A stretch of 64,000 nucleotides of DNA, taken from the NCBI GenBank assembly GCA_001724265.1, contig MEDY01000108.1, forward strand, positions 1 through 64,000, written 5' to 3'. Position 1 is the stretch's first letter; each line of letters begins with the position of its first letter. This DNA is from Rhizaria sp. SCN 62-66 (Eukaryota). Both the position numbers and the translations under genes were made by a program. The notes under the pieces are model-generated. The model had not been told where the DNA came from. It saw only the letters and a list, made by a program, of their open reading frames with translations, and ran no database searches. Shown one piece after another: positions 12,864-25,883 of this stretch.

Positions 12864-15637
12864 TTACCAATCCCGCGCAGAGTCCCGATCCTCCCTCCTG
12901 CTGCTACTGCTGCTGCTACTGTATGACCCACGGCTGTAGTCGCGGTCGCGGTCACTCCGCTCACGGTCACTGCGACTACGGTCACGGTCACGGTCGCTCG
13001 AACGATCGCGCTCACGGTCACTGCGCTCACGGTCACGGTCGCGGTCACTACGGTCGCGGTCACTGCGACTGTCACTGCGGTCACGGTCACGGTCACTAGT
13101 GCGGTGGTGGTCACGGTCACTCCGCTCACGGTCACTGCGCTCACGGTCACTCCGCTCGCGGTCGCGGTTGTCACTGTGTCGGCCGCTGCTGCTGCTGTTG
13201 CTGCTGCTGGTGTTGTTGTTGTTGCTGCTGTAGCGTAGGGGGTTCTGCAAGTAGCCACCATTGTTGTTCCTGTTATAACCGGCGCTGCTGCTGTTGCTGC
13301 TGTTGTTAGCGCTGCTAGAGTGCGCCTGACGGTGTTGGTTATACCCACCAGTGTTGTTGGCGTTGTTGTTGTTGTTGTTGTTGTTCTGGTGGCTATAGGG
13401 TTTACGGTGTTGGTTATAGCTGTTATTGTGGTAGTTGTGTCCCGCCTGCTTCTTATGTTCCTCATACGGCACGTTCGGATACGTCATCTCCATCCGGGTA
13501 AGTACCCCCTTAGACGGCGACGACCCGTCGTAGCTGCCCACTTCCTCGGTACTAAGTAGGTCCTGGTGTAAGTACCCCAGTCCCCAGTCCCACCACTCGA
13601 ACGGAGGCTGGGTCTTGGCGGCCGATGTAAGTACCCCCTTACCCGCGTCGGGCACGATGGCCATCTGGCGGTCGTCGCGGCCTAACTTCTGCGACATAAG
13701 CCGCACGACCCGCACTTTCCCACTGTACGCCGCCTCCAAGGGCGTGTAGATGCTCTGGTCCTCGCTGCGTTCACTGATGAACAGCGCGCAAGGAGGGCAC
13801 GTGCCGTCAGCCGGCGGCAGCAGCGGCAGCACGGGCACGGGCGCGCCAACCTCACGACTGGTGCTGCTGGCCTTATTGTTGGTGCCACTGACAGCGTAGA
13901 CGGGGGCAGGGGCGCGGCGGCTTAACTTAGCCTCGAAGGTCTCTCTCTTATCGTCGCTATCTGCCATTGCACTCGCGCTCGCACTGGCCTCAGCCTCAGT
14001 CTCGGTCTGAGTCGCAGTCTTGCTGTCCGAGCTGGCAGTGTCACTGTTGTTCCGGGGAGTGATCAAGTTGAAAATGGCCTCGGTTGTGTTCTTATCAGTC
14101 ATATAGTGGTAAAACACGTACGATAGGATGTAAAAGTCAACATACACGTGCCCATTCGCATCTTTCGTAGCGGCAGGCGGCTTAACGTCTGCACCAGAGC
14201 CAGAGCCAGACTCGGGTAAAAGCCGTTCCAAGTCGCGCATGGCCTCATCGACCTTGCCCCTGACATTCGCGGTACTTAGATCCTCCGCCTCCGCCACGCT
14301 CTTGCCGTTCTCGTACATATCCCAGACGGAGAAGCCGATGCCGAGCCGGTTGCAGAGCCCCTTCCAGCTGGGCTCCAAATCAAGTGATAGCGCCTGCACG
14401 GGGGGGAAAAGCGGGCACAGGGTTCCAAAAAAGTCGCGGAAGGCGAGGAGCTCGTACCCGGGGCCGCCGCCGAGGGACGCGACGGTAATCGCGCGCGGGG
14501 CCGCGGGGGGCTCCAGGTGTGAGTCTAAGGGGGTACTTAGACTGTTCGCCGCGAGAGAGAGCTTGTGCCGCTTGAGAGCGGCTGCGTAGGCAGTGTGGGC
14601 CGCGGTGTACGGGAGGAAGACGCCAGCGTTGTATGCGCGCTGCAGCAGAGCGTAGGTCTCGGTGTAGCGCTGGATCGACTTGAGGGTGATGTAGGCCTTC
14701 TGGAAACCTGCGGAAACGCAAAGAGCGCGTGAGTGGTCAAAGCAGAGAGAAATAAAAACACAGAGTAAAGATGCATGAGCGAAGAAGGGATGAGATATCT
14801 TCTTAAATTCACATTTCTATAACAAAGTAATATATGTCGTTAGTTGTTGGGTTTTGAAGCGCAGCGCGTACCGGGCAGGCCGTACTCGTGCTGCGACCAC
14901 GTGACCGTGCTGCTGCCTTTGTTTGGCTTGCGGCTGTAGATCTCCTCGCCCTGCCGCTCCTGCGCCGCCAGAGAGGACCCCGGCCCGCTCCGCAGCAGCA
15001 TCTGTTCCTGGCAGTGCGCGAACACGGGCGCGTTGGCGGCGAACATGCGGCACAGCAGCTGCGCGCCGTGGGGAGTGGTCGTGAAGGGCCACTTCTTGCG
15101 CCGGTCGGCGAAGTAGTGGAAGACGCGGGCGAGCGGGCTGAATTCGATGCGGTCGCGGTACTGGGGCGGGATGGACATCTCCGTGAAGTCGCGCTGCCCG
15201 CCGCCGCCGCTGGTAAAGCGAGACTGAGACTCAAGCTGAGACTGAGAAGAGTCAGAGTCTGAGGTCTGGGGCGGAAGGCCGGGAGGGTAGGGAGGAAGGG
15301 GGGTGGCGTCCAAGACACTCGTGTCGTACAACATGCTCAGATCGCCTGCAGTTTGCGCTGCGGAACAGGGGGTAGAGCTGGCGTTGGTGGTTGCGGCAAT
15401 GCGGGAGACGGAAGAGAAGAGGAACGAAGCAGCAGGCTTAGAAGAGGAAGCGGTGTTGGTGTCAGTCGAAACCTGTTGCTGTTGCGGCTGCTGTTGCGAG
15501 TTCTTATCAACGTTTGCGTGCAGGCCAGAGTCAGTAATTTCGACTGTGGTTGAACAAGTCGAAAGGGCAACAGCGGAAAGACCGCCGGGCGGGGTCGCGG
15601 ATGCAGGGGGCGCAGAGGCGGGAGTGTTGGTGCTCAT
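12864..15637 (-). CDS. Putative class I SAM-dependent methyltransferase with a C-terminal Asn-rich and RS/RD-repeat tail. Exons 15637-14872, 14707-12864
   Basis: Spliced translation gives ITVASLGGGPGYELLAF (motif I), ALSLDLEPSW (motif II), FSVWD and DFYILSYV. The tail has DRERS/DRDRS repeats. Ends TAA. Confidence 0.7.
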
Positions 15638-16278
15638 TGCGTGGCAGGCAAGAGAAGCTCTCCAAGGGCGCGAATCGGTGACTGAATCTCGAGGGGGTAC
15701 AGCACGAAGTTTAAAGTCTACAGAAAAAACAAATAATACAAATAAGGAGTTCAAAATAGTTTTAGTTTGTGATTGCGGTGATCTTTGCATTAAACGATCG
15801 GAATGTGTCTTTCTTGGTGATGGATTTTATGTAACCGTCTCGCATGCTGGCTCGGCCTGCCGCAAGGCGCTAGACTGAAGTCCACCACAAATACCAATCA
15901 CCCGATCACTATGATAGAAGAACAAGTCAAAACATGACAAAAATGATGCACGGTATAAATCAAGTAATTTTGTATGTTATATTCAAATTCAGTGGCGTAA
16001 TTCAAACATCACAGAGAGATATCATCTGCTTTGTCATAACGCAACGGTTCGCAACACACACAAAATCACGATGTCTCAACGTCAAATCATTAAGTAATCA
16101 AATTCTAGGTAAATCAAAGCCTATATAAACCCATATTCCATATGACGTCTCAAGCTCGCGCACACCTCAAACCAATAAGCCCGCTGAAAACGACCTTTCT
16201 ACCATGCAGAAAGTCCTTATCCATGCGCTTAAGTGCACAGCTTACACTTAGATCCCTCGCGTACTTAGCGCTTAGCAC

Positions 16279-17306
16279 TTAGAGGCTCTCACGCAGGAAC
16301 ACGTAGTTCCTCTTGGCTCTGATGGCGGCCTCCAACCGGGCAAAGTGCCTCACCACTGCGCGATAGTACGCCGAGAAGAGGACAATCTGCAGCGGCGTGA
16401 TGATCGCGGTGCCAATGAGGTGGATCAACGACGTGATGGTGACGCTGCTATTACACTCGTCGTACGCGGACTGAGAGGGCGCCGTGCCGCAGTAGAAGCC
16501 CGCAGAGGTGAGGTTCAGGATGCTGATGCCAACGCTGCACAAGAGGTACACGAGGAGAAAGATGACGTAATTGCGGATGCCGCGGAGGTCGTACCGAGTC
16601 GTGTTGTGCAAACCTACACAAAACAGTAAGTTTAAGCGCAAAAATAAGCCAAAAAGGTAATAAATAGTAACCTACTTGCGCATTGATTCTAAAAACATGT
16701 TATATTTCACAATTTGGTCAGTCACTAAACATTACGAGGTTTTAAGTGCATTTAAAGAGTTTTGTTATTGCGTACCTTCGATACTGAAAATCATGCCCAA
16801 AACGCCCTGGACAACGGCAAGCACGCCACGCGCCGAGCCCGTGAGATAAATAGTGAAGCCGAGCATGATGACACACAGCACTTTGACGTGCCAGTTCGCA
16901 GGCTTGGAATGCTTGAGAGCCGACGACATGTCGTTGTTACTGAACAAGTCAGTATTGTCACTGTTACTGGCATCAGTCAGATACGGCGTATAGCTACTGC
17001 TGCTGCTGTTGCTGTTGTTCGCGTTGGCAGTGTTGCGGCAGCGGCAGTCGCAAGCGCGGCAGCAGCAGCACCAGCACGATTTGTTATAACAGCTGTTTTG
17101 TTGCTGCCGCTGCTGTCGCCATAGCGTGCGCTGCTGCTGCTGCTGCTGTTGCTGCTGCTGGGTGAGATGGCCGCCGGAGCCGAAGTTGTAGTTGTACGTA
17201 TAGTACTGCTGTTGGCCGGCGAGAGAGCTCGCATTAGCGTTCATAATACTGCTGTTGTTGCGGTTGTTGTAGTGATTGACTGTGTTCAGCGAAAGGGGGT
17301 AGTGAT

Positions 17307-17347
<41 letters not shown>

Positions 17348-18726
17348 CTGCTAGTGTCTCCTGACGTTGTCGCTGCGTTGCCGCTCTGAGCAGCAGCAAC
17401 GGCGGCAGCAGCGGCGGCGGCGGCGGCGGCAGTGCCAACGGGGGGTGGACTATAATGCGCATGGGTATAACTAGACGTATAGTTATAATCATTGTTAATG
17501 TTGAAGTTATAGTTGTTATAGTAGTAATCGTCGTTGTTACTCTCGACGTCCCCACAGTCGCACCCACATGCCGCACAAGCGCCTGTGAAGCAGTCGACCA
17601 GCGCAGTCAGCTGGCGCTGGCAGCACCGCAGAGGCACGATATAAGCCATCTCGCTCTGGTTATGGTGCACGACACTGCTGTTATCGCCGACCAGGTTGCT
17701 GCTAGGGGCGTTGCTGCCGCCGCCGCTGTTGGCGTTGTTGCTGTTGCTGAAGGTGCTCGGGTTGGAGCGAATGCTACTGCTGCTGTTATTGTTATTATTG
17801 TTATTATTATTGTCGTTGTTGTTGTTGTTGTTGTTACTGATTGCGTGATTGTTGCTCGCGTTAGCGGGGCTAGAAGGAGCTGCGCTAAAGTTAAGCCGTC
17901 GCGTGTTTCTAGCAGCGTTGTTATACCGAGCCGTGACAACATTAGCCCCGGTGGCACTGTTACTGTGGGCATCTGCGCCTGCATTCGCATCCCGAGCGTG
18001 AGCGTGAGCAATTGTGTGTGTTGCATGTGTGTGGCTTTCTTCTTCCTCCTCCTCTTCTTCGTAATGCACAATCTTGGAGCCAATCTTAGTCTTATTGCCG
18101 GTTTTGTTGTTAGTGCTGCTGGCTGCGGCGTTGTAGTGGAAATGGGGCGGAATAGATGACATTTCGATGCTAACGCCGTCATCGTCGTTGTTGTTGCTCA
18201 CGGTCACTGGGACGACCCGACCGCCGCTTGACTTCGACGTCTTCGCTGTTGATGCTACTGCAGAGGTCGTTGAGGGCAGATGTAGTAAGTTGCTCCTGGC
18301 AGCGCCGCCGGGGTTGCTGCTCTGGCTTCTCGCGCTAGCACTCACACTCACACTCGCGGTAGCAGTAGCAGTGGCAGTGGCTGGGGCACTTGCACTCGCA
18401 CTGGCCTTAATGGCACCGTTTGCGTCGGAGCTTTGAAGGCGCTTTTGTTGGCGTAATTCACGCAGCGTTAGTCCGCCGTTGCCGGCGCCGCTCGTGGCAA
18501 CAAACGCAGAGGTGGAAGCTGGGGCAGATGCTGGGGCAAAGGCAGGATTTGTTGAACTATTAAGGTTAGTGTTGGCGTTGGAGCTTGGTTGAGCGCTAGC
18601 GCCGTTGGTGTGAGGACTTGTAGCTGCGGAGGCAGCAGCAGCCTGCGTATACCGATTAAAGCCGGCCGCCTCGCCAGCACCAGCAGCAGGAGAGCGCGGG
18701 GGCGCGCGCTTGCCACTGCTGCTCAT
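16279..18726 (-). CDS. Membrane protein with long Asn/Ala/Gln low-complexity N-terminus and about 4 C-terminal TM helices. Exons 18726-16776, 16613-16279
   Basis: Long ORF, GTACGC..TAG intron in phase 1, hydrophobic C-terminal segments, ends TAA. Confidence 0.7.
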
Positions 18727-19748
18727 TGCTCTCAAGCGTGGGAGATGGCAAGAGGCAGTCGAGTTGGGGGCAGGGTTGAACGGCGACCGCTGTTAGTGAA
18801 AAGAGAGATTTGGAAGGGAAGACCTCCTCCTCTAAAAGCATAATTAAAATAAAATAGAGATTTGTAGTTAATAACTTCGTTGATATCGCGGCATTTTGTT
18901 TAACGGAAATTCAATATCACTGCATATGTTCTTGCTCCACTACCTCGCGAGAATGTGACAAAAATGACAGCCTGAAACCTGTTACCGTGTCAAAATTCAC
19001 ATCTTAGCCTGAATACGTTCATGATATCACGCCATATCACGGCGAATCAAGGATATATGATTTTTAACACATATTTGTATCTATTGTAGAGCGAAAACAC
19101 GGCCAAGACCTTATCTTGTTGCACGTATCTCTCCTCAAACAAAGGTTGTTGTCGCAGTCATTTCTTAGCTTCTCGCGTTGCGTCTGCGTTTGCTGCCGCT
19201 ACCAATACCAATGCTGCTGCTCTTGACTACCGCTGTTACTACAACTCGCAGTCTCTCGCGGCGCGATAGTTCATGATAGTTTGCAAAGCGCGACATAGAG
19301 ACCTGATGATGATTGCAATGTTGTAATGCAGAGTGACAGTGGCAGGGATATGAAAACAGCAACAAAATAGCAAGAAAGCACGATTATCGTGTTTTGCCAA
19401 CAACAAAAAAAAGAGACAAAAGGCAACACGTGATTAACTGCAGCAATGCCAACCGCAAAATCACACAGCGAAAACAGACTGAAAAACATACAGTCACAAA
19501 GTGAAACACGAACAGAAAGTGCAACAAAACCAACACAACAAAAAAGAAAACAAAACACAAACAACATATAAAAACGAAAAATCAACAACAACAACAAAAC
19601 ACACTCTAAGCGCCCTTTGATTTCACACACGAAAATATACTTAAAACAAACGCATTCGCGCGTTTCTAGACCCATACACTAGACCTTGACAACAACTGCA
19701 CCCGATGGACGACGGTACTCGGACGCATGTAAGTAGCACCCGAGGTAC

Positions 19749-22700
19749 TTAGTCGAGGTGGAGCACAGCCTCGAGCACGTACACCATGACGATCGCGAGG
19801 GGGAAAAGCAGCCCGATGGCAACGGCCTGCCATTGCTTGATGGTTTCCTTACGGACCATGAAGGCGACGATGAGCTCGACGGTGATGATGGTCATCACCT
19901 CAGCTGTGTAGGTCCAGGGGAGATCGCGGATGAGCAGGATGGCCAGGAAGATGGCGACGCAGAGCGTGTTGTTCATGGTGACCGCGCCGTACAGCGAGGA
20001 TAGCGTGAGGGCCATCGAGACGTTGGTCTTTGATTGGGCGAACATGAGAGCCGCGATGACCTCGGCAGCGTTGCTAGCGAACGGCGTCACCACGAACGAG
20101 ATGTAGAACGGACGCACGCCAAGCGTGCCGCCGAGGTTTGTGATCACCTCGATCATGGGGTCCGAGAAGAAAGCGACGATCGCCATGCCGACGCAGAGCA
20201 GGGTGACACCGTAGACCTTCTTCTTCTGCTCCGACCAGCCGTGGGTGACTTCGGCCATGTGACCGTGGGCCGCCACAATCGCTTCGTCGCGGAGGCCCTC
20301 GGTCGTCTTGTGCATCAGGTCCGCGGCCTCAGCCTCAGCAACGGCCTAAGATGGACGCAATGAACAAGGAGCAAAAAGTGAGGGGAACAAAGAAAAAGTG
20401 AGGAAACATATGAATGAAAAGATGTGACATCACGAAGTACATCAAGTATATCTAGATCATTTGGAATTGCACACGTAAAAAACGTACCTCTGGGTGCGTG
20501 GGGAGCGCGACGAGGTCCTCTAGGAAGCGGCGGAAGTCCGAGATGGAGAGAGTGCGGTCCAGGTCGGAGTCGTAGGTGTGGAACATGACTTTGATGTCGA
20601 CGGTGCTGATGCCGAGCTCGAAGCGCTCGGCGAAGTCGATGACGTCCTTGATGGTTAGCGCGCCGTTGCAGTGCACATCGGCCTAGAAGAAAGAAAAAGA
20701 ACACGAAGAGTGCAAGTGTCATGTGAGTCATATAAAGCAAGAAGTGACAAAGATAGACTCATTTTAATTAAAAATATTGCTCAAATATACATTTTGATGA
20801 TACAAATATATGAATAGACACAATACTGCTTCAGTAAGTTATATGAGCAAGATATCCTGCGAAAACGTACCTCGATGAAGAGGTCGTGGATGGTGCGCGG
20901 CTGCCCCGAGCCCGGAACAACCGTGCTGACCGGCGCGCCCACCCCTGCGCTGTTGCTGTTGCTGCCGCTTCCGCCGGTCGGCGAGCCAAGCGCGCCGAGC
21001 GGGGAGGCGGCTTTACTTAAGTGCGGGAAGTTGATATTCACTACAGCCGGGTTAGCGACACCCGCGGCGGCGGCGGAGGTCGCGGACCCTGTGACGTCGG
21101 TACTCGTAAGTCCCAGGAACCGCGCATCGGCGGCGTTGTTGCGCACGTAGCGAAACAGCTTCGGAGACGCAGACGCCCACCGCGGCAGGGACAGGTCGGA
21201 CCACTCCGCGCTCGGGCTCGCACTGCTACTGCTGGCACCGAAGTTAAGCCGAGGCCCGCGGGAGGAGCCGCTGCCGCTGCCACTCATGGACAAACGGCCA
21301 GTGCCGCGTGAGCTTGAGTTACTGACGCCAAGCGAGAGCCCGAGCCCACTGCCCGACCGCGAGACCGACCCCCCCGCCCCTGCCCCCGTATTAGGGGCGG
21401 CAGTGGGCTTGTTGGACGGGTACGCGGGCGCGACGTCGGGCAGCGCTGTGAGCTTGACGAGCTTCAGCACACGCTCCCCGTTGGCAGGGTCTTCCGCGGA
21501 CATATGGCCCAGCACGCCCGTACGCGCGGCCCAGGCGTGCAGCGCGTAGCGCTCCGCAAGCCCGGCCCTAACGAGCGCGGGCGCGGTCACGCGGGAGTTG
21601 TTGAACCACGACAGCACGGCCTGCATCAGCGGCACCGGAAGCGGCGGCGGCGGCTGCGACCGGTCGATCACGGCCGCGTCGGTACGGTTCGGCTGGGCGT
21701 AGATCTCGATCGGGAGCTCGTCCTGGCCCTCGGCAGTGACGCGGTTGAATGTCTCGACGCGGGCGAAGCGCGGGGACGCGAGGGAACTTACACCCGAGCC
21801 GGGCGTGGTACTTACAGCAGCAGCGGAGCCGCCGGGAGTGGTGTTGTTGTTGCTGTTATTATAGATGGAGGCAGAGCGGTTTGCGCGGGGCGTGGTACTT
21901 ATCCCGCCGATACTTAGATCCTCCACCGCCATCGCCTGGCGGCTGAGGGACAGCGACGAGAGCGGGATCCCGGAGCCGAGTGTGCCGACGTCGACGCCGC
22001 CGGTGCTGCTGACGTTGTTAGCGTTCGCGAGCGCGGGGTTGCTGTTGGCGCCGGAGCTGCCGGGCACCCACGACGACATCGACTCAAGGCTGGACCCCGC
22101 GGCGTCGATCGGGGTTAAGCCGCTGGCGGAAGTTAGGCCGCCGGCGTTGGTGAGGCCCGACTGAGAGCTGAGGATGAACGTGCCCGGCTTGCGGCCTGAG
22201 GCGCTGAAGCTCCCGACGATCGCTGAGTTGTTGTTGTTAGAGCCAATCGCAATAAGGCTCCCCGTGCTCGCGTTATAAGCGGGAGCGTTCAGGGGGGTGG
22301 TCGCGGTCGCAGAGCCGTATCTAACGTTAGCAGCGGCGGCGGCGGCGGCGGCGTTGTTGTTGTTGTTGTTCGAGTTAATCGGGATGCGGGGGCTGCTGCT
22401 CACCTTGGCGTTGTTGTTCGTGTTGCTGAACGCGCTGCCGACGGACGCGAGCGTGGCGCTGTTGTTATTGGCCAAGCCGTGCGTTGCACCTAAGGGGCTG
22501 TCCTTGAGTCTGGCTTTGCTAACTGAGCTGTCGATGTTGTCCGTGTTGGCCAGCAGAGCGCGCGCGTTGGCTTTACTCGCCTTGTTGGCAGACTTGTTGC
22601 CACTCTCAACGTCGTTGTCATCGTCGTAATCGTAGTCGTGCTCGCTGTCGAGCGTGTTGTTGTTCGCAATCCCACCTGCCTTGGCTGCAATCTTCGCATT

Positions 22701-24941
22701 CTGACCGTTGCCGCTGTTGTCGTTGCTGGTGAAAGCTGCGTTGTGCCACAGCCCGCGGCGCGCGCCCTCACCAGCGGCCCCGCCGTAGAAAGACGCGGGC
22801 ACTGCATGATTGCCGTGACCGCCATGGCCGCCGACGCCGGAGCCGGCGATGTGCTGGCTGCCGCGGCGCGAGTGCGTGTAAGTACCCGAGCGAGACCTAC
22901 TTAGACCGGGCGCGCCCGCAGTGCCGAGGTGGAGGTGGATGCCGGTGTTGACGTCAGCCGGGTAATGGCCGGCCGGGGGGGAAGCTAAGCCGCCCTCGCC
23001 ACCTTGGTAGTACTCGCCGTCGGCCCCGTGAGTCATGTTACCAGCCCCGCCGTTGTTGCTAAAGGCAGATTTAGTGTTATCCGCTGTGAGGATGAACTCA
23101 CGGACGAAGTTGACGAACTCGTTGATGTCGACAGCAATGTTGCCGTCTGCATCCATCATGTTGAAAAACGCCTGTGCTTCTTGGTGATTCAGCTTTAACC
23201 CCATCGTCTTGAAACCCAGCCGGAGGTCCTCGGCGTCGAGCAACCCGTCACCGTCCTTGTCGAGGATGTTGAACAGAGTGACGGGGTCGAGGGCGCCGAT
23301 AAGGGACTTGTTCTCAGTGCTCCATGCCATGAACTTGTGCACACGCTGCCGGCGTTCCTGCACCATCTCCTGCAAACATAAATCGCACGAAAACAAGATT
23401 TAGGGGACATTTATAGAAATTTGGTGAGATAAAAATAAGATATATGGTGGAACGGCTCATTTGTGAGGTTAGAGTGAGGCTGCGAAGGAAGAGGTTTGCA
23501 TCTTAGGGTATATCCGTGTCATTTTGTGAGAGTTTCAAAGCAGTAAAAAAGCACATATGCGCCAATTTGGTCGCAAATATCCATACTATATGAAAGCTAA
23601 AATGAATATACAAATGTGGATATTACACAAATACATATTATATAACGGTGATGTCAAACAAAGACGTTATCTTGGTCCATATAACTGCATTTTAGTGTGA
23701 TACGCTGACGTACCTGCGAGTCAGCATCGCGCCACATGGCGATGATGTAGGCAAAAAACAGGATGGTCGACAGCGCGATGCCGATAACGCACCAGACCTT
23801 CTCGTGGATGGTGCCACCGTCGTCGTCGTGCCGGTAGAAAAGCGCCGGGATCTGGATGGTGAGGTAGGTAAGGCAGGTGATGACCATCCACCGCGCGGCC
23901 TTGGGGGTGCTAGGCAGAGCCGTGATGCCGTTGTCGGTCAGCGAGAAACGGGTCGGCGCGACGGGCTTAAGCACGAGCTTGTTGCTGCCCTCTGCGATGG
24001 GTTGATATTCGCTCATGGCCTTGCCTTCTTCGTCGAGCTGGCGGGAACCGAGGAAGACGCCCACGCAGAGCGGGACTGTAATCAGCATTACGCTCGCGCC
24101 GGCCAGAGCGCCTGGAGACAGCAAAACAGAGCGAAGACAGAAAAGCAAAAAGCCAAAGGCATCGAAAACAAAAAAAAAGTAGTTGTTCTTGTTTTGTGAG
24201 AAGTAAAAAATGAATGAGATGAATTTGATATATGAAGTTCAGCATGACATGTGTGTGATGGTTGGTGTAGTAGCGTACCGATGCCGACGGTGATGCGGTC
24301 GCGGATCTCCTCGTGCGTGCCGCTAGAGAGGCCTGAGAAGAGGACGATGAAACCATCGGGTAAGGCGCCGAGGATGGGGATGACAATGCCGCCGACGATG
24401 CCGGCGCCGTAAATGTCTAGATATGCACGCATATAACACGATGAAATGAAATGACATGTGTGAGATAGAGAGAGGGGTATGTGTAGATGTCAGATGAGCA
24501 AAAAAGGGGAATGACGAGGAAATGTCGTAAAACGCGTTAAACCAGCGTAGTATGGGTTCTATACAGCATATCGCGGTGATAAAACGTGTTTTGTTGCTGT
24601 TTTGTGCGTACCGCGAAGGATATCTGAGCCGTCAGCGAGGAGCTTCGAGCCCTTAAATATAAAGTAGGCGTCTGTGGTGCGCAGTGAGAGGCGCAAATAT
24701 GACATACAAGGCAAACGTAAAAGAAAGTAAAGGTGAACACAAAGGTCAATAATGGAGTGAAATACACGTGTCAAGAATTTGGTGATGATACAATGTTATG
24801 TGTTGATAGAGGATAGATTGGAGGATCTTAGGTGGTGAGAGCAAGAGATGCGAGTTAATGCTAAGACTTTGTGAGAGACGTACAGATGACGAGGAGAAAT
24901 ATCTCCTGGCCAACGCCTTCCGCCTCGGGGAAGATACTCAT
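19749..24941 (-). CDS. NCL/EFCAX-type Na+/Ca2+ exchanger with EF-hands (7 coding exons)
   Basis: GSKLLADGSDIL..YGAGIVGGIVIPILGALPD..SGL..GALAGASVMLIT (alpha-1 region), EF-hands DKDGDGLLDAEDL, DADGNIAVDINEF and DSDLDRTLSISDF, and FYISFVVTPFASNAAE..YGAVTMNNTL (alpha-2). All six donors are GTACG. Ends TAA. Confidence 0.92.
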
Positions 24942-25883
24942 CTCTCGCGCGCGGAGTCGTCAGAGCCACAGCGGATGAGACTGCAAAGCACACAAATGAG
25001 AGAGAGAAAGGGAGGTTGTGAGAGCTTCTTAAGGTTTGCCCCTCCGCCGTTATTCGGATATAACGGAAGGAAAACGAGGTGGCTACGAATATCAAGCGTG
25101 ACATGAAATATAATAAAGTATAATGTAAACAGTAAGCAAAATGGCAGTTGCTATAGAAACCGTTATTGGGGGAGAATAAGTGGGATAGAGAGACGGTTGG
25201 AAGAGATGTTGCGAGGACGAGTACGGTTTCTCTCAGACAAGATTTCACCAGAGAAATCGTATTGATAGAAAAAGTGATTAAAAATTAACAAAGAAAAGCC
25301 ATGTAATTATTGCTATGTCTGAGAGATTAGCCACTATCGGAGGTTTCACGGCATAATTTGATCCCGCAGAGTGGCATCAAGGCGCACGACAACACCTACG
25401 TCGCTGCCGAACCAACAGGAAATATTGACTGGCCACAGTTGCAACCTCCCATTCAGACCAACATTTCACATCATTAACGCAGTTATAGAAGGACCAGTTG
25501 CCAGTGCTTCCTGTTCGCGCTTTGATTCTATGCGAATACATTGCTTTCTGAGCCATTTTATCTTTTTGTGAGGCTGTATCTGCGAGAACAACACTGCCTG
25601 TCGAAGTGACTGTGGGCGGTCAGCCCGCCTGACCTTGACTCGACCATCTCAAATCCAAACTTCTAACCCGCGCCATCCCCTTCGTCCAGCTTTCTGCTCG
25701 CAAACATCCCCCACTTTTTGCGTTGCGATATCATTACACACTAAATTACACTCGCTCAAAGCCACATCTTGCGTGCCAACTGTCTCCTTCCTGCGCCCAC
25801 CTCATTGCCGAAACCAATCTAAGGTCAGAACCCTTTCGCGCGCGAACAAACCCTTTCCGCCGTGTTCTGTTCCGCGATCCGAA

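Noticed and set aside
12930-13170. CRISPR-like or satellite array (CGGTCA/CGCTCA units)
   Set aside because: It is the coding sequence of the RS/RD repeat tail, with no unique spacers.
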